Source of the DNA: an uncultured Verrucomicrobiae bacterium
GTDB taxonomy: Bacteria; Verrucomicrobiota; Verrucomicrobiia; Chthoniobacterales; JAFAMB01
Assembly (NCBI GenBank): GCA_963813025.1
Contig: CAWEXO010000014.1
Coordinates: forward strand, 416,001 to 480,000
Length of the DNA: 64,000 nt
Reading direction: 5' to 3'
Shown: positions 10,035 to 20,325 of the stretch, piece after piece
How positions within the stretch are numbered: position 1 is the first letter of the stretch
Layout: the number at the start of each line of letters is the position of its first letter
Program-made: the position numbers and the translations under genes
Notes under the pieces: model-generated
The model's database searches: none
The model's input: the letters and a program-made list of their open reading frames with translations, nothing else
Told to the model about the DNA's origin: nothing

Positions 10035-11204
10035 ATGAGTTTGCGCATTTTAACTCTTTGTTACGAATGGCCGCCGGTGGGCGGCGGAGGTGGTCAAGCC
10101 GCCAAAGACGTCGCCGAGGTTCTGGTTAAACGGGGTTACCGCGTCCGCGTACAAACGATTCGGCTGGGAGCTATGCCCCGGCGCCAGTTGGAAAACAGTG
10201 TCGAAGTTTTTCGCACCTGGGGTTTCCGGCGTCGCGCGGACCGTTGCACGCCCTGGGAAATGGCCGGGTACATCGTCACGAGCGTTGGACCGACGTTAGG
10301 GCATTTACGGGAATTCAGGCCAGATCTCGTTCACGCCCATTTTGCCGTACCTTCCGGGGCGCTGGCCTTTGCCGTCGCTCGTCTGTTCCATGTGCCCTAT
10401 GTGATCACTGCGCACCTCGGCGATGTGCCCGGGGGTGTCCCCGAGCAAACGGCCGGTTTGTTCACGGTGCTCAACCCTTTGATCCGACCCATTTGGCGAC
10501 GGGCAGCCGAAATCACCGCGGTTAGCGCGCACGTGGCGCAAATGGCCGAAGCGGCTTATGGCCGGAGACCCATCGTCATTCCGAACGGCATCAGCTTACG
10601 AGATCGTCCACCGATACCCGAAAAGCTGAATGAGCCTCCGAAACTGATTTTTGTTGGTCGATTCAATCCGCAAAAAAATCTACCCTTCCTGATCCGGGTA
10701 TTGCGAGATCTGGCGGAGCTGCCGTGGACTCTGGAACTGATCGGTGATGGCGCGGAACGGGTCGCCGTGCAGACAATGGTGCGTGCGGCTGATCTCGCGG
10801 GTCGCGTGCAATTTTCCGGGTGGCTCCCCCGTGAACAAGTAGAGAACCGGCTGGCCCAAGCAGATATCTTTGTGCTGCCCTCTACCGTGGAAGGGCAATC
10901 GGTGGCGGCGTTGGAGGCTGCCCGTGCCGGGCTCGCCCTTGTCGGATCCGACATTGCCGCCTTGCGCACGACGGTTGCATCCGGCCGCAACGGGCTGCTG
11001 ATCAAAACAAATGATCCGGATGCTTGGACCGGCAGCCTGCGCGGGCTGCTGAACGATGGACAGACATTGTTGCAGCTGCGGCGGGCCAACTGGCAACGCG
11101 CCGCTGAATTCGATCTGGAGAAAGCGACCGATCAATATGAGGCGGTGTTCGCCCGAGCCTGCCTCGCTCAAAGGCCAGGTCTGTCGGACTTTGGAAATCT
11201 GTAG
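10035..11204 (+). CDS. GT4 glycosyltransferase
   Basis: YEWPPVGGGGG, FVGRF..QKN, EGQSVAALEA. Confidence 0.93.
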   Translation: MSLRILTLCYEWPPVGGGGGQAAKDVAEVLVKRGYRVRVQTIRLGAMPRRQLENSVEVFRTWGFRRRADRCTPWEMAGYIVTSVGPTLGHLREFRPDLVHAHFAVPSGALAFAVARLFHVPYVITAHLGDVPGGVPEQTAGLFTVLNPLIRPIWRRAAEITAVSAHVAQMAEAAYGRRPIVIPNGISLRDRPPIPEKLNEPPKLIFVGRFNPQKNLPFLIRVLRDLAELPWTLELIGDGAERVAVQTMVRAADLAGRVQFSGWLPREQVENRLAQADIFVLPSTVEGQSVAALEAARAGLALVGSDIAALRTTVASGRNGLLIKTNDPDAWTGSLRGLLNDGQTLLQLRRANWQRAAEFDLEKATDQYEAVFARACLAQRPGLSDFGNL

Positions 11205-11320
11205 CCCGCCATCAAGCGATTGGTCGCGCGAGCGCTAGAGATCGTCTCAGAAGGCCGCACTGCCCTGTGGCGGTAGTGCGAAAATTATTCGAGCCTCAGC
11301 GAGAACTTGTTTGAGCCGGA
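11178..11320. repeat. Composite repeat ending in an uninterrupted GTAG REP (empty-site counterpart of the IS110 insertion)
   Basis: Closely matches 18581-18653 joined directly to 20339-20378. Confidence 0.85.
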
Positions 11321-11399
11321 CACTTGGGTGAGCCACCCGCTCCAGATGGCTCCGCCTTCGCCTATTCTCTTTCTGCTCCACTGGAGCGATCCACGATCC

Positions 11400-13244
11400 T
11401 TACCGCGCCAACCATTGATCCAGCAGCCAGGCGTTCCAGAGGTAAAGGCGATGATTTGATTTTCGCGCTTGATGCTCTGCGAGCCGCTGCCGGAAATACT
11501 TGGTGCGATAACGCGCATAGATGTGCCGATGTTCGCTCAGCTGCAGCATCGAGTCGTTGAGAAACCATTTCCCAATTGGGATGCCAAAACCTTTCTTTGG
11601 TCGGGTCAGGACTGCGCGCGGCAGAATCGGTTCAAGCGCCTTTCGCAGGATCCATTTGGTCTGGCCCCAGTGAAATTTCAGCCGGGACGGGATCCGACGG
11701 GCGAGTTCGACTACCTCGTAGTCGAGAAAAGGGCAGCGTGCTTCCAAGCCATTCATCATGCTCGCCCGATCGACCTTGGTCAGTATATCGTTCTGCAAAT
11801 ACAGCTTAATAAAAAATTGTTGGGTGCGGCTGAGGAGATCGAGCTGATTGGAATTGTCCCATGCGTCGATGGCCTCGGAATAGATCTCTTCAGGGTCGAG
11901 TTTCTGGTGGAAAAGGTCGGCCAACTCCTTCGGCCCGAGCGGCCCCATCCAGATCGGAAGCCAGTAGCGGCTCGGGAAGGAGAGCCCTTTCAAAGTCTGC
12001 TTGAGCTTGAAATCAAAGCTCAGGTTGCGGTGACCGATGGGCAATCGTGCGGCGAGCAGCCGAACACAAAAATGGACCGGTTTGGGTACCAGTTTCGCGT
12101 AGATCTGGGCGCGGTGCAGGGCCTTGAATGGATCGTATCCGCAAAAGAGTTCGTCTCCGCCATCGCCGGCCAGAGCGACAGTCACGTGCTCTCGGGCGAA
12201 TTTGCAGAGAAGATAAGTGGGGAGCAGTGACGGATCGCCGAGAGGTTCATCCAGGCGGTCGATGATCCCGGGCAAAAGTTCCTTCGATTTTTCCAGGGAC
12301 AGCGTTTGGCTGAAATGCGCGGTGCGCAAGCGTTTCGCAACTTTGCGGGCTTGCCGGCTCTCGTCGTAAGAGGGTTCTTCAAAACCCACAGTAAAGGTCT
12401 TCAGGTCCGGCACCGCCTGTTTGGCGAGCGCCGCCACGGCGGACGAATCGATCCCGCCACTGAGAAACACCCCCAACGGGACATCCGAGAGGAGCCGCCG
12501 GTGAACGGACCTTCGCAATGCTTCGGAAAGCGCTTCGGCCGCGATCTCCGGTCGACGCAAGCGCGTGTCGGGTTCCGATCGATAGTCCCAAAACTGTTTG
12601 ATCTCGAGCTCTCCAGAATCGACCTGAAAGGACATCCAGAAGCCCGCCGGCAGTTTCCAGATGCCTTCAATTGCCGTTCGCGGCGCCGGGATATAGCCGT
12701 ACGCGAAATATTTCTGGAGCGACAATTCCGAGAGCGATTTCGGGCCTTCGGGGTGAAACATCAATGCGGAAAGCTCCGACGCGAACGCCAGCTGGGTGCC
12801 CCGGTGCCAGAAGTAAAAAGGCTTTTTGCCGAAACGGTCGCGAGCGGCAAAAAGGTTCTTTTTCTGGCGATCATAGATCGCGAACGCCCACATGCCACTG
12901 AGTTTATCGAGCACTGCCGGTCCGTGCTCGACGAACCCGAGGAGCAAGGTTTCGGTGTCCGAATGATCCGTCGAGAAACGCCGACCCTTAGTCTCCAGTT
13001 CCGTCCGCAGATCCGCATGATTGTAGATCTCGCCGTTGTAAACAATGGCGTAACGCCCATCGGGAGTGGTCATCGGCTGATGGCCGCCTTTCAGGTCAAG
13101 GATCGCGAGTCGGCGATGACCGAGGAAAACCGGTGGATCAAGCCGATAGTCTTCGCCATCCGGACCGCGATGAGCCAGCGCGCGAGTCATCCGCTGCAAG
13201 ACTTCAAGATTCCCCGACCCACAAAAACCCGCGATACCGCACAT
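11400..13244 (-). CDS. asnB: Asparagine synthase (glutamine-hydrolysing) family amidotransferase
   Basis: MCGIAG N-terminal nucleophile, HRGPD, YNGEIYN, LSGGIDS, GDGGDELF. Confidence 0.95.
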   Translation of the reverse strand: MCGIAGFCGSGNLEVLQRMTRALAHRGPDGEDYRLDPPVFLGHRRLAILDLKGGHQPMTTPDGRYAIVYNGEIYNHADLRTELETKGRRFSTDHSDTETLLLGFVEHGPAVLDKLSGMWAFAIYDRQKKNLFAARDRFGKKPFYFWHRGTQLAFASELSALMFHPEGPKSLSELSLQKYFAYGYIPAPRTAIEGIWKLPAGFWMSFQVDSGELEIKQFWDYRSEPDTRLRRPEIAAEALSEALRRSVHRRLLSDVPLGVFLSGGIDSSAVAALAKQAVPDLKTFTVGFEEPSYDESRQARKVAKRLRTAHFSQTLSLEKSKELLPGIIDRLDEPLGDPSLLPTYLLCKFAREHVTVALAGDGGDELFCGYDPFKALHRAQIYAKLVPKPVHFCVRLLAARLPIGHRNLSFDFKLKQTLKGLSFPSRYWLPIWMGPLGPKELADLFHQKLDPEEIYSEAIDAWDNSNQLDLLSRTQQFFIKLYLQNDILTKVDRASMMNGLEARCPFLDYEVVELARRIPSRLKFHWGQTKWILRKALEPILPRAVLTRPKKGFGIPIGKWFLNDSMLQLSEHRHIYARYRTKYFRQRLAEHQARKSNHRLYLWNAWLLDQWLAR

Positions 13245-13394
13245 TCCTGTGCAGCTAATCAGGTGGACAGCTCGCAGTCAATCGAGCGGAAGGACGCGAG
13301 TGGAAGCGGAGGAAGCGGAGGGAGCGGCTTCAGCGGAGGAAGCTAGCGTGAAGGCTGGGCCAGATTAGCAGTAGGCAAACTTTGTGCGAATCAC

Positions 13395-13556
13395 CTTGGA
13401 GTGCGCGCGACTTGTCGCCGCTTTAGGATTCGCGCGGAGCGCGGCGCGATCAAGGACCCGAACCACCAAGTGCGGGAAGTTCCCTGGCGAAACCGCCTCG
13501 TCGGCAGCCGCGCTCCGCGCAGTCTCAAAGCGGCGACAAGTCGCGCGCACTCCAAG
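13395..13556. repeat. TTGGAGTGCG-type palindromic element with perfect 30-bp inverted arms
   Basis: CTTGGAGTGCGCGCGACTTGTCGCCGCTTT at 13395-13424 and its exact reverse complement at 13527-13556; relatives at ~25843-25995 and ~28694-28741. Confidence 0.9.
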
Positions 13557-13676
13557 ACCGCCGGCCGTCCTTGCCGCATGCTCTTCATTTTTGGCATTCT
13601 TCGGTTTGTGGCATTTGTGGCATTTTCCCTCGCCGCGCTCTTTCATTCGCTCATCCCTCGAAGCTCTGTCCCCGGG

Positions 13677-15485
13677 ATGCTGTTGCTTTTCGGCGGATGG
13701 GTGTTTTTCGGCGGCGCCATCACTGGGCTAGGCGCCGGTCTCACGCGATTGTATCACGTCGCTGACTGTGAGTCGCAAAGCCTCACCAGCTGCTTTTGGT
13801 CGGGTCTTGCCGCGCTCGTCGCATTGCTGCAGATCATCAACCTCTTCGCTGCGATCGACTGGAAAATTGTGGTGCTCATCGTCGCGATCGGTTGGGCTTT
13901 CTTATTCCTTTCGGCTTCGCGCGTGGAGCTCCCCTGGGTAAGTCGACCCTCGGCACTTGGGACGCGGGACTCGGGACGCGCGACTCGGGACTCGGGACTC
14001 GGCACTCGGGAAGGGGGACTCGGCACTCGGGACGGAGGACTCCGTACCCGGGACTCGGGACTCGGTACCCGGGACTCGGTACCCGGGACTCGGGACTCGG
14101 GACTGGGGACAATTCACTGGATCGTTCTGGTCCTGCTTGGCCTTTGGATTTCAAACCACGCACTGGCTGCTCCCTCGGGCGATGACGGACTTTACCATCT
14201 GGCTAGCGTTCGCTGGGCTAACGAATATCGGCTGCCTCCGGGCATTGGGAACCTCCATGAGCGACTCGCCTTCAATCAGTCTTTTTTTCTGCTGGTCGCT
14301 TTCTTGAACAGTCTGCCGGTCCCGGGCTTCGGACATTCGTTGGCGAACAGTCTCCTGATCATGGCGCTGCTTTGGACGATCACTGAACGTCAAATTCGCG
14401 AACCGAGAATCGAGCTGAGCCTCCTGATCCCGGTCACCTTGTACTACCTGCTGAGTGCCCTGGGTGACTCCACTTTTTTTGCAAATGCCACGCCCGACGT
14501 TGCCGTGTTTGCACTCGAAACCGTTCTTTTTATCTACGCACTTGAGCTTTCCGATGGTCCACCGCAAAACGTCAACCTTCTGCTGGCCATGGCCGCACTG
14601 GCTGTTACCTTTAAGCTCTACACTCTCGCTTTTTCTGTTGGAACGCTCCTCCTGACCGGCTGGTGGATATGCCGCAAGAACATCGTTGCGCGGCATCGAC
14701 TTCGAATTGGCAGTGCCCTGTGCGCAATCCTGCTGATCGGCTGGATTATCCGAAGCGTCGTAGCCAGCGGCTGCCTGGTTTTTCCGGTGGCCGCCACTAC
14801 GCTGCCCGTGCCGTGGCGGGTGCCAGTCCATCTCACCGTGAACTCGGCCAACTGGATTCGGAGCTGGGCGCGCGAACCGTTTATGCACTGGTCGATTGTT
14901 CTCGGATCAAATGATTGGATTCAAACCTGGATCCCGAGAACGATAAGACACCCGGCCGTACAGGCGCCGCTGTTTCTGGCGGTGCTCGCCTTGGTCGCGC
15001 GAATGATTGTTCGTCCAACACAGGAACCCGGCAGAGCCTTTCTCCTTCGCGGGTTTGTCCTTGTCGCGATCGGCTCACTCGGTTTCTGGTTTTTCACCGC
15101 ACCGGATCCGAGATTTCTTGGCGCAATCATCTGGATCCTGGCCATCTCGCTGACAGCTCTAGCATTCCCTCCGCGAGCGGCGCGTGCGCGGATCGGAGTG
15201 CTGATCCTTTTCTGGTTGATGCCGATTTATGGCTTAATTCTGGTCGGTTACGATATGGTTCGGGTCCCGCCCGGACATCTTATGCAGCCCGTGCCAAACG
15301 TCCCGATGCGGACCAGGCAGACAACGAGCGGATTGATCGTTCTCGTGCCTGTGACAGGCAATCAATGTTGGGATGCGCCTTTGCCTTGCACCCCATATTT
15401 TCGGCCGCAGCTTCGCCTGCTGGGGCCCGGTCAGGGCGACGGGTTCTGGCTGGACGAATCAGCCGGCCGAGAATCGGACTTTTAG
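13677..15485 (+). CDS. Polytopic membrane protein (LIC_10190-like, possible GT-C fold)
   Basis: Many TM segments, DDGLYHL..W..EY..PGIGNLHERLAFN, CWDAPLPCTP; start could be 13578. Confidence 0.7.
   Translation: MLLLFGGWVFFGGAITGLGAGLTRLYHVADCESQSLTSCFWSGLAALVALLQIINLFAAIDWKIVVLIVAIGWAFLFLSASRVELPWVSRPSALGTRDSGRATRDSGLGTREGGLGTRDGGLRTRDSGLGTRDSVPGTRDSGLGTIHWIVLVLLGLWISNHALAAPSGDDGLYHLASVRWANEYRLPPGIGNLHERLAFNQSFFLLVAFLNSLPVPGFGHSLANSLLIMALLWTITERQIREPRIELSLLIPVTLYYLLSALGDSTFFANATPDVAVFALETVLFIYALELSDGPPQNVNLLLAMAALAVTFKLYTLAFSVGTLLLTGWWICRKNIVARHRLRIGSALCAILLIGWIIRSVVASGCLVFPVAATTLPVPWRVPVHLTVNSANWIRSWAREPFMHWSIVLGSNDWIQTWIPRTIRHPAVQAPLFLAVLALVARMIVRPTQEPGRAFLLRGFVLVAIGSLGFWFFTAPDPRFLGAIIWILAISLTALAFPPRAARARIGVLILFWLMPIYGLILVGYDMVRVPPGHLMQPVPNVPMRTRQTTSGLIVLVPVTGNQCWDAPLPCTPYFRPQLRLLGPGQGDGFWLDESAGRESDF
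13951..14110 (+). repeat. Degenerate heptamer tandem repeat (GGGACTC)n inside a CDS
   Basis: About 22 imperfect copies, translated as LGTRDSG repeats. Confidence 0.95.
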
Positions 15486-15562
15486 CAGATCGCCGAGTCC
15501 GCAGAGTCTGGCTCACGGCTAATACACCGAGTAGAGCGAATACGGACCAGCAGCAATTGCTG

Positions 15563-17227
15563 CTAATCGGGTGTCTGGGCGGGCTTTGCTTCTGCGAACT
15601 GATGCTCTCCAATCTGCTTGCGGCGATAGGACCCTTCCGAGACTGGTATCAGCAGGTAACTGATTATCATCGCCAGCCCGAGCAGAAAACCAGGAGCATA
15701 ACCGATTCGGTATCGGACGACGTCTAGCGAAATTACGATAGCAATGGTGAGTGCACTTCCATAAGCCGCAGCAACAACCGATAAGATTGCCAATCCGGCG
15801 AGACGGAACGGTCGGCCTTCTGGCCGTAACCAGACAATAGTAATGGCTGCAAAAAACGCCAATTGCAGCCAAAGGGTGCCAAGAGCAAGCAAGTGTGCCA
15901 ACCTAGCTAAAACCGGAAACCCGGGCGGATGAGGCCGATCTCCTTCAACCCTCTCCAAACTCTCTTTGTACGATTGGTAGATCTTCTGCACCTCTAGTGA
16001 AAACGGACTACTGGGCAAGCACGAACGTGAAGTAGCGAATTTGTCCAACTCAATCGACCTCGCGGTCGAGTAAAAATCCCCGCCTCGTGGAAATAGAAAC
16101 AATGTTATCTGCTTTGCTATCTTCTGGAGCATTTTGAAGGGAACCTGGAACCATGCTCGAAAATAGGCAGAGTAGCAGGCAGCCGCCAGTTCACGATCGT
16201 TCCATCCTTCTTTCTGTTGGATGTTAGGAAAAAAACCAGAGAGATATAGGATGTAGTCGGGTTGGAAGCCGAGAGTAGGATAGCCGCTCGGCTGCTTCCG
16301 GGCGGTCCGATAAGCCTTCTTTAATTCTTCGTGAAATATCTCGTCCGGCACGCCAGGGTTATGCACACCGGGTGAGACTGTCTCAGGAGTCGTTTCCAAT
16401 ATTTGCTTGGAGTGAATACAAACGAGCAAAGAAGGGAGAAAGAGCTGCGTGTCCTTTTGGAAACCCAATATTTTCGGAAGAAAGAATAGGAACGCGAACG
16501 CGACAGCGCCAGCCAGCAATGGTCCGAAACGCATGATGCGTGTCGCTTTGCCAAACGCGCCGGCAACGAGAGGCAGCAAAGTAAAGCCGAGCGAAAAACC
16601 CCAGCTCGGTTTCAATAGCAGAACGGCATACGACAACCCGAGCGTTGCAGCCCCAAAAGCGATGGTCGACCCTGTCCGCCGCGCTTTCCAGCGCGCAAGA
16701 AAAAAAGAGATGAGGCAATAAAGATAAAGCAACTCGAAGAACGCCAACATGCCCTCCGGCCTAATCGAGTTCTCCAGCAGCGCTTGGTCTGAGTTCAGCG
16801 CGTAGAGCGCAAGCAGTAGTAGCGTCACAACGAGGCACGCCCAACGCCAAGCTGGCTTTTGCAGCGGTAGCAACCGTAACCACGAACGCCAAGCCAACCA
16901 AAAAAACAGGATACTAGCGAGCCCAAGAACTCGCTGTACGTATGTGATCGCAGAGAAAGCGCCACTGACCTTGAGGATTCCAGCGAGCAGCGCCGGATAC
17001 AGCCAATCTCTTCCGTTGGTTTGTTCAAAGCCGATGCCGCTTAGCCAGTGAAGCGCGGGGCGTAAATATCCCCAAGTATCCCCATCGGCAACCGGAACGA
17101 CTGGCAATCGGGCCCGGACAAGAAGACCCCCTATTGCGATGCCGATGACAACACAGACCGCGAGAAGGTCGAACAGAAAGCCAAACTGGCTGAAGCGTGC
17201 GACGCGCTGCATGGAAGCAAGCAACAT
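15563..17227 (-). CDS. Polytopic membrane protein (possible GT-C fold)
   Basis: Multiple TM helices, early DGDTWGY acidic loop; follows the GT2 gene directly. Confidence 0.7.
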   Translation of the reverse strand: MLLASMQRVARFSQFGFLFDLLAVCVVIGIAIGGLLVRARLPVVPVADGDTWGYLRPALHWLSGIGFEQTNGRDWLYPALLAGILKVSGAFSAITYVQRVLGLASILFFWLAWRSWLRLLPLQKPAWRWACLVVTLLLLALYALNSDQALLENSIRPEGMLAFFELLYLYCLISFFLARWKARRTGSTIAFGAATLGLSYAVLLLKPSWGFSLGFTLLPLVAGAFGKATRIMRFGPLLAGAVAFAFLFFLPKILGFQKDTQLFLPSLLVCIHSKQILETTPETVSPGVHNPGVPDEIFHEELKKAYRTARKQPSGYPTLGFQPDYILYLSGFFPNIQQKEGWNDRELAAACYSAYFRAWFQVPFKMLQKIAKQITLFLFPRGGDFYSTARSIELDKFATSRSCLPSSPFSLEVQKIYQSYKESLERVEGDRPHPPGFPVLARLAHLLALGTLWLQLAFFAAITIVWLRPEGRPFRLAGLAILSVVAAAYGSALTIAIVISLDVVRYRIGYAPGFLLGLAMIISYLLIPVSEGSYRRKQIGEHQFAEAKPAQTPD

Positions 17228-17231
17228 CCAG

Positions 17232-18275
17232 CTAACGGCCGCTAATGGCTCGAGTGTTTTCGGCAGCAATGGAAGCCCGTCCCTGGTTCGGAAAATTTCG
17301 TGTTTCGCGAATGTTATAGATTGTCTTGCCTTGTGACTCGAAGAAGGTCCGCGTTATCATCTCCGCCAAAAGTCCCAGCAGGAGACACATCATTCCAATC
17401 ATCAGTGTCATCACCGCGATCAAGGGCAAAGGAGTCATGATAAACGAGACATTCTCGCGAAACTTGAGCTCGATCATCCAGAGAAACGTGATCAGGCCGA
17501 CGACAAAGCTGAAGAAAGCGCACCCGCCGAAAAGGTACATCGGTTTGTGAGCCGCTTTATCGAGGAACTTCACTACCAGGAGATCGAGGAGAACCTTGGC
17601 GACCCGCTCGAGACCGTATTTGGATCGACCAGCTCGCCGCGGGTGATGGTTGACGACAACCTCCGTGATTTTCGCGCCGTGCCAGGACGCGTAAATGGGC
17701 AAAAATCGGTGCATCTCGCCGTAAAGCCGGATACCGTCCACCACATGCCGTTTGTAGGCCTTCAACGAGCATCCAAAATCATGCAGCTGCACTCCCGACA
17801 CTGCTGAGATGAGCTTGTTCGCCAGGATACTCGGCACATTCCGCCGCAAATAATTATCTTGCCGATCCTTGCGCCAGCCGGACACCACATCATAACCATC
17901 GTCCAGGCGCTCCAGCATTTTGGAAATGTCGGCTGGATCATTCTGCCCATCGCCGTCGACTGGAATAATGACGTCACCCCGTGCGTGATCGAACCCCGCC
18001 ATCATAGCGGCAGTCTGTCCGCTATTTCGTTGGAAGTGAATGACGCGAACGCGTCGATCTTCGATCGCTAACCCGTCAAGGATTTCCTCTGAGCTATCTG
18101 CGCTGCCATCATTGATGAAGATAATCTCCCAATCCCGACCAAGGGCGGTCAACTCGCGGCGCAACCCTTGAAAGAGATCGATCAAGGTGTCCTGCTCGTT
18201 CAATACAGGTACGATTACGGAAATCGCTCCTGACGGACGGTGCTTCTCAGTTGGTTCGCCGAAAAATTTCTCCAT
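17232..18275 (-). CDS. GT2 polyprenol-phosphate glycosyltransferase (ArnC/GtrB-like)
   Basis: ISVIVPVLNE, INDGS, DGDGQNDP, YGEMHRFLP, two C-terminal TM helices. Confidence 0.93.
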   Translation of the reverse strand: MEKFFGEPTEKHRPSGAISVIVPVLNEQDTLIDLFQGLRRELTALGRDWEIIFINDGSADSSEEILDGLAIEDRRVRVIHFQRNSGQTAAMMAGFDHARGDVIIPVDGDGQNDPADISKMLERLDDGYDVVSGWRKDRQDNYLRRNVPSILANKLISAVSGVQLHDFGCSLKAYKRHVVDGIRLYGEMHRFLPIYASWHGAKITEVVVNHHPRRAGRSKYGLERVAKVLLDLLVVKFLDKAAHKPMYLFGGCAFFSFVVGLITFLWMIELKFRENVSFIMTPLPLIAVMTLMIGMMCLLLGLLAEMITRTFFESQGKTIYNIRETRNFPNQGRASIAAENTRAISGR

Positions 18276-18406
18276 ACATCCGGTTACGGATCGACCGGGC
18301 TGCTTGTGAGCGGTCCGAGATCCTTGAGCCAGTCACCTGGACAAACGCTCGGATTATCAGGTTTGCTCTCGCAAAATGCAAACGGTCGTTTTTGCTCAGC
18401 GGCAGT

Positions 18407-18554
18407 GCAGCTGATCAGCTGGGCAACAGATCAGTCAACTGGGCGGAGGGGGCGGCGGGAGCGACTTCAGCGGAGGGATGTAGCGCGAGAGCGCGCCGAA
18501 GCTTACAATTGTCTCATCCACGATCATTCGTTGACCCCGATGAGTCCGGGCCTC
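18407..18554. repeat. ~150-bp dispersed repeat, copy 1
   Basis: GCAGCTGATCAGC..CTTCAGCGGAGGGATGTAGCGCGAGAGCG..; copies at 27387-27549 (inverted) and 30255-30417. Confidence 0.9.
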
Positions 18555-18684
18555 TTCCGACTTTGGGTAATTTGTAAGTACGCCATCAAGCGATTGGTCG
18601 CGCGAGGGCTAGAGATCGTCTCAGAATGCCCCACTGTCCTGCGCCGGTAGGGCAGTATCTGAGCAGGTCTGGCAAGGGAAAAAG

Positions 18685-19959
18685 TTAAAGTTTTTCACCG
18701 ATTGGTGAGTGGCGTTTTTTGAGGACTTGGAGGTAGCGCTCTTCGTCATAAGGGGTGCGGTCCTGCCAGAGCCGGAAGATGACGCGGATCCATTTAAAGG
18801 CCAAGGCGCGCACGGCAGTGTGGTGGGACTTACCGCGGGCCATTTGCTCTTGATAATAGAGCTTGGCCCATTGGGAATAAGGAATGGAATGAGCCGCGAA
18901 TTCGTGGAAGCTCTGGCACAGGAATTTGGAGCGAAAGCGCCGCCGCTGGACGCTTTTGGTTTGGCCGCTGCGCACTTGGACCGGAGCGATTCCGCTTTTT
19001 TTCTGTACCTCCAGGGCTTGGGCAAAAGCCTGCCGATTGGAGCCAAAAGCCACCAACAAGCGCGGGGCTAATTGCGGGCCGGCTCCGGGCAGACTTTCAA
19101 AAATGTGCCGATCGGGATGTTTGGCAAACAGAGTGTGGATGGCTTTGTCAAAAGCCTTGATGGAATCTCGCAGCGGCAACAATTGACTGACCAAACACTT
19201 GCAACTCAGCACGGAGGGCTCCAGCAGAGAACGATCCTCGGTGACGGTTTGGGCCCGAGCAATCTTTTCCAAGCGCTCCTCGATCAAGCTCTGGCTGCGG
19301 CTGTGGTGCTGATAAAAAAAAGAGCGCAGGGTCTGGGGCTTGGCTTTTTTTAAACTCTGCAGGGTCGGCCAGCGTTTCAAAAAATGCAGCGCCAGAGTGG
19401 TGCCCAAATCATCGAGGAGCTCGAGGGCCAGCGGATAGTAGACTTTGAGTAAGCTGGTGAGTTGGTTTTCGCACACCACGGAGGCCTCGACGGCTTTGCG
19501 TCGGTGCTGACCGAGCAAATCCAGTTCCCGCACTACCGGCTCCGGGGGTTGATAAAGCCGGAGCCGATCCCGATGGTGATCAACGAGCTCTTCGATCAAT
19601 TGGCTGTCGCGAGGGTCATCCTTGGCGCCACTAGTAAAGAAGACCTTGCGGTATTCGCTTAAACTCAAAGGATTGAGCGGATAGAGGTCGATCCAGTCTC
19701 CCTGGGTGCGGAGCATTTCAAAGAGTGCTCCCCGATTTTGTTCAAAACCAATGGCCACCCGCCCCTGCGGACCAGCCAAGCTTTTGAGCTCTTCGAGCCA
19801 GGTCCGAACCGAAACGGGATCGGCGCCCAGCTGGAATGTCCGGCATCCTCCCTCCGGACCAGAGCGTTGACAGACAGCGTGTTCTTTATCAGCCCAATCG
19901 ATTCCCACGCTGACCATATAATGGGGATCTGGGACCGGAAACGGATTTGATCGGTTCAT
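18685..19959 (-). CDS. IS110 family recombinase/transposase
   Basis: DEDD residues (GIDWA, GFEQ, KDDPRD) and Tnp-domain GIAPVQVRSG; 424 aa uninterrupted. Confidence 0.96.
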   Translation of the reverse strand: MNRSNPFPVPDPHYMVSVGIDWADKEHAVCQRSGPEGGCRTFQLGADPVSVRTWLEELKSLAGPQGRVAIGFEQNRGALFEMLRTQGDWIDLYPLNPLSLSEYRKVFFTSGAKDDPRDSQLIEELVDHHRDRLRLYQPPEPVVRELDLLGQHRRKAVEASVVCENQLTSLLKVYYPLALELLDDLGTTLALHFLKRWPTLQSLKKAKPQTLRSFFYQHHSRSQSLIEERLEKIARAQTVTEDRSLLEPSVLSCKCLVSQLLPLRDSIKAFDKAIHTLFAKHPDRHIFESLPGAGPQLAPRLLVAFGSNRQAFAQALEVQKKSGIAPVQVRSGQTKSVQRRRFRSKFLCQSFHEFAAHSIPYSQWAKLYYQEQMARGKSHHTAVRALAFKWIRVIFRLWQDRTPYDEERYLQVLKKRHSPIGEKL

Positions 19960-20004
19960 GCTTGCTCCTTTTTTCTGGTTTTACCCAGCGCGAAAAAAGC
20001 CGCT

Positions 20005-20325
20005 TGGCTTTGGCCGTCCGAAATCCGTATAGTTAAGTCGTCGAAGTGTGAAGTGCTCGACCTCAACTAGAGTATTCGTTGTGACGAATCAAAGCGCGAC
20101 CGGCTGGCTCGAAACTCTGCCCTAAAGATCTCGCGGACCCGAAAATCCTATTCGTAGCCAGCCGGCGCGTCCTTCTTCGCGTGGGCAGCGCGGGATTTTG
20201 CCCGACTGCCCTTGGCAAAGAAAACCCTTTCTTTTTTCCAAAGCTTTCTTTTCTCCGGGCGGAGTTATTCACAAGCTGGAGCTCCGACCGGTAGGGCCTC
20301 CGACCACAGCTTGCTGAATAACTCC
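20005..20325 (-). ncRNA. Predicted bridge RNA of the intact IS110
   Basis: Two stem-closed internal loops with segments matching the target (AUUUUCG, UAGGGC) and the circle junction (AUACU, CUAUAC); ends approximate. Confidence 0.8.

Noticed and set aside
12306..13346. 346-aa + strand ORF (also 32729-33571 and similar)
   Set aside because: Antisense shadows of well-supported genes (asnB, gmd) in GC-rich DNA
13401..13577. N-terminal extension of the membrane protein ORF
   Set aside because: It is read-through of the palindromic repeat; a later ATG is more plausible
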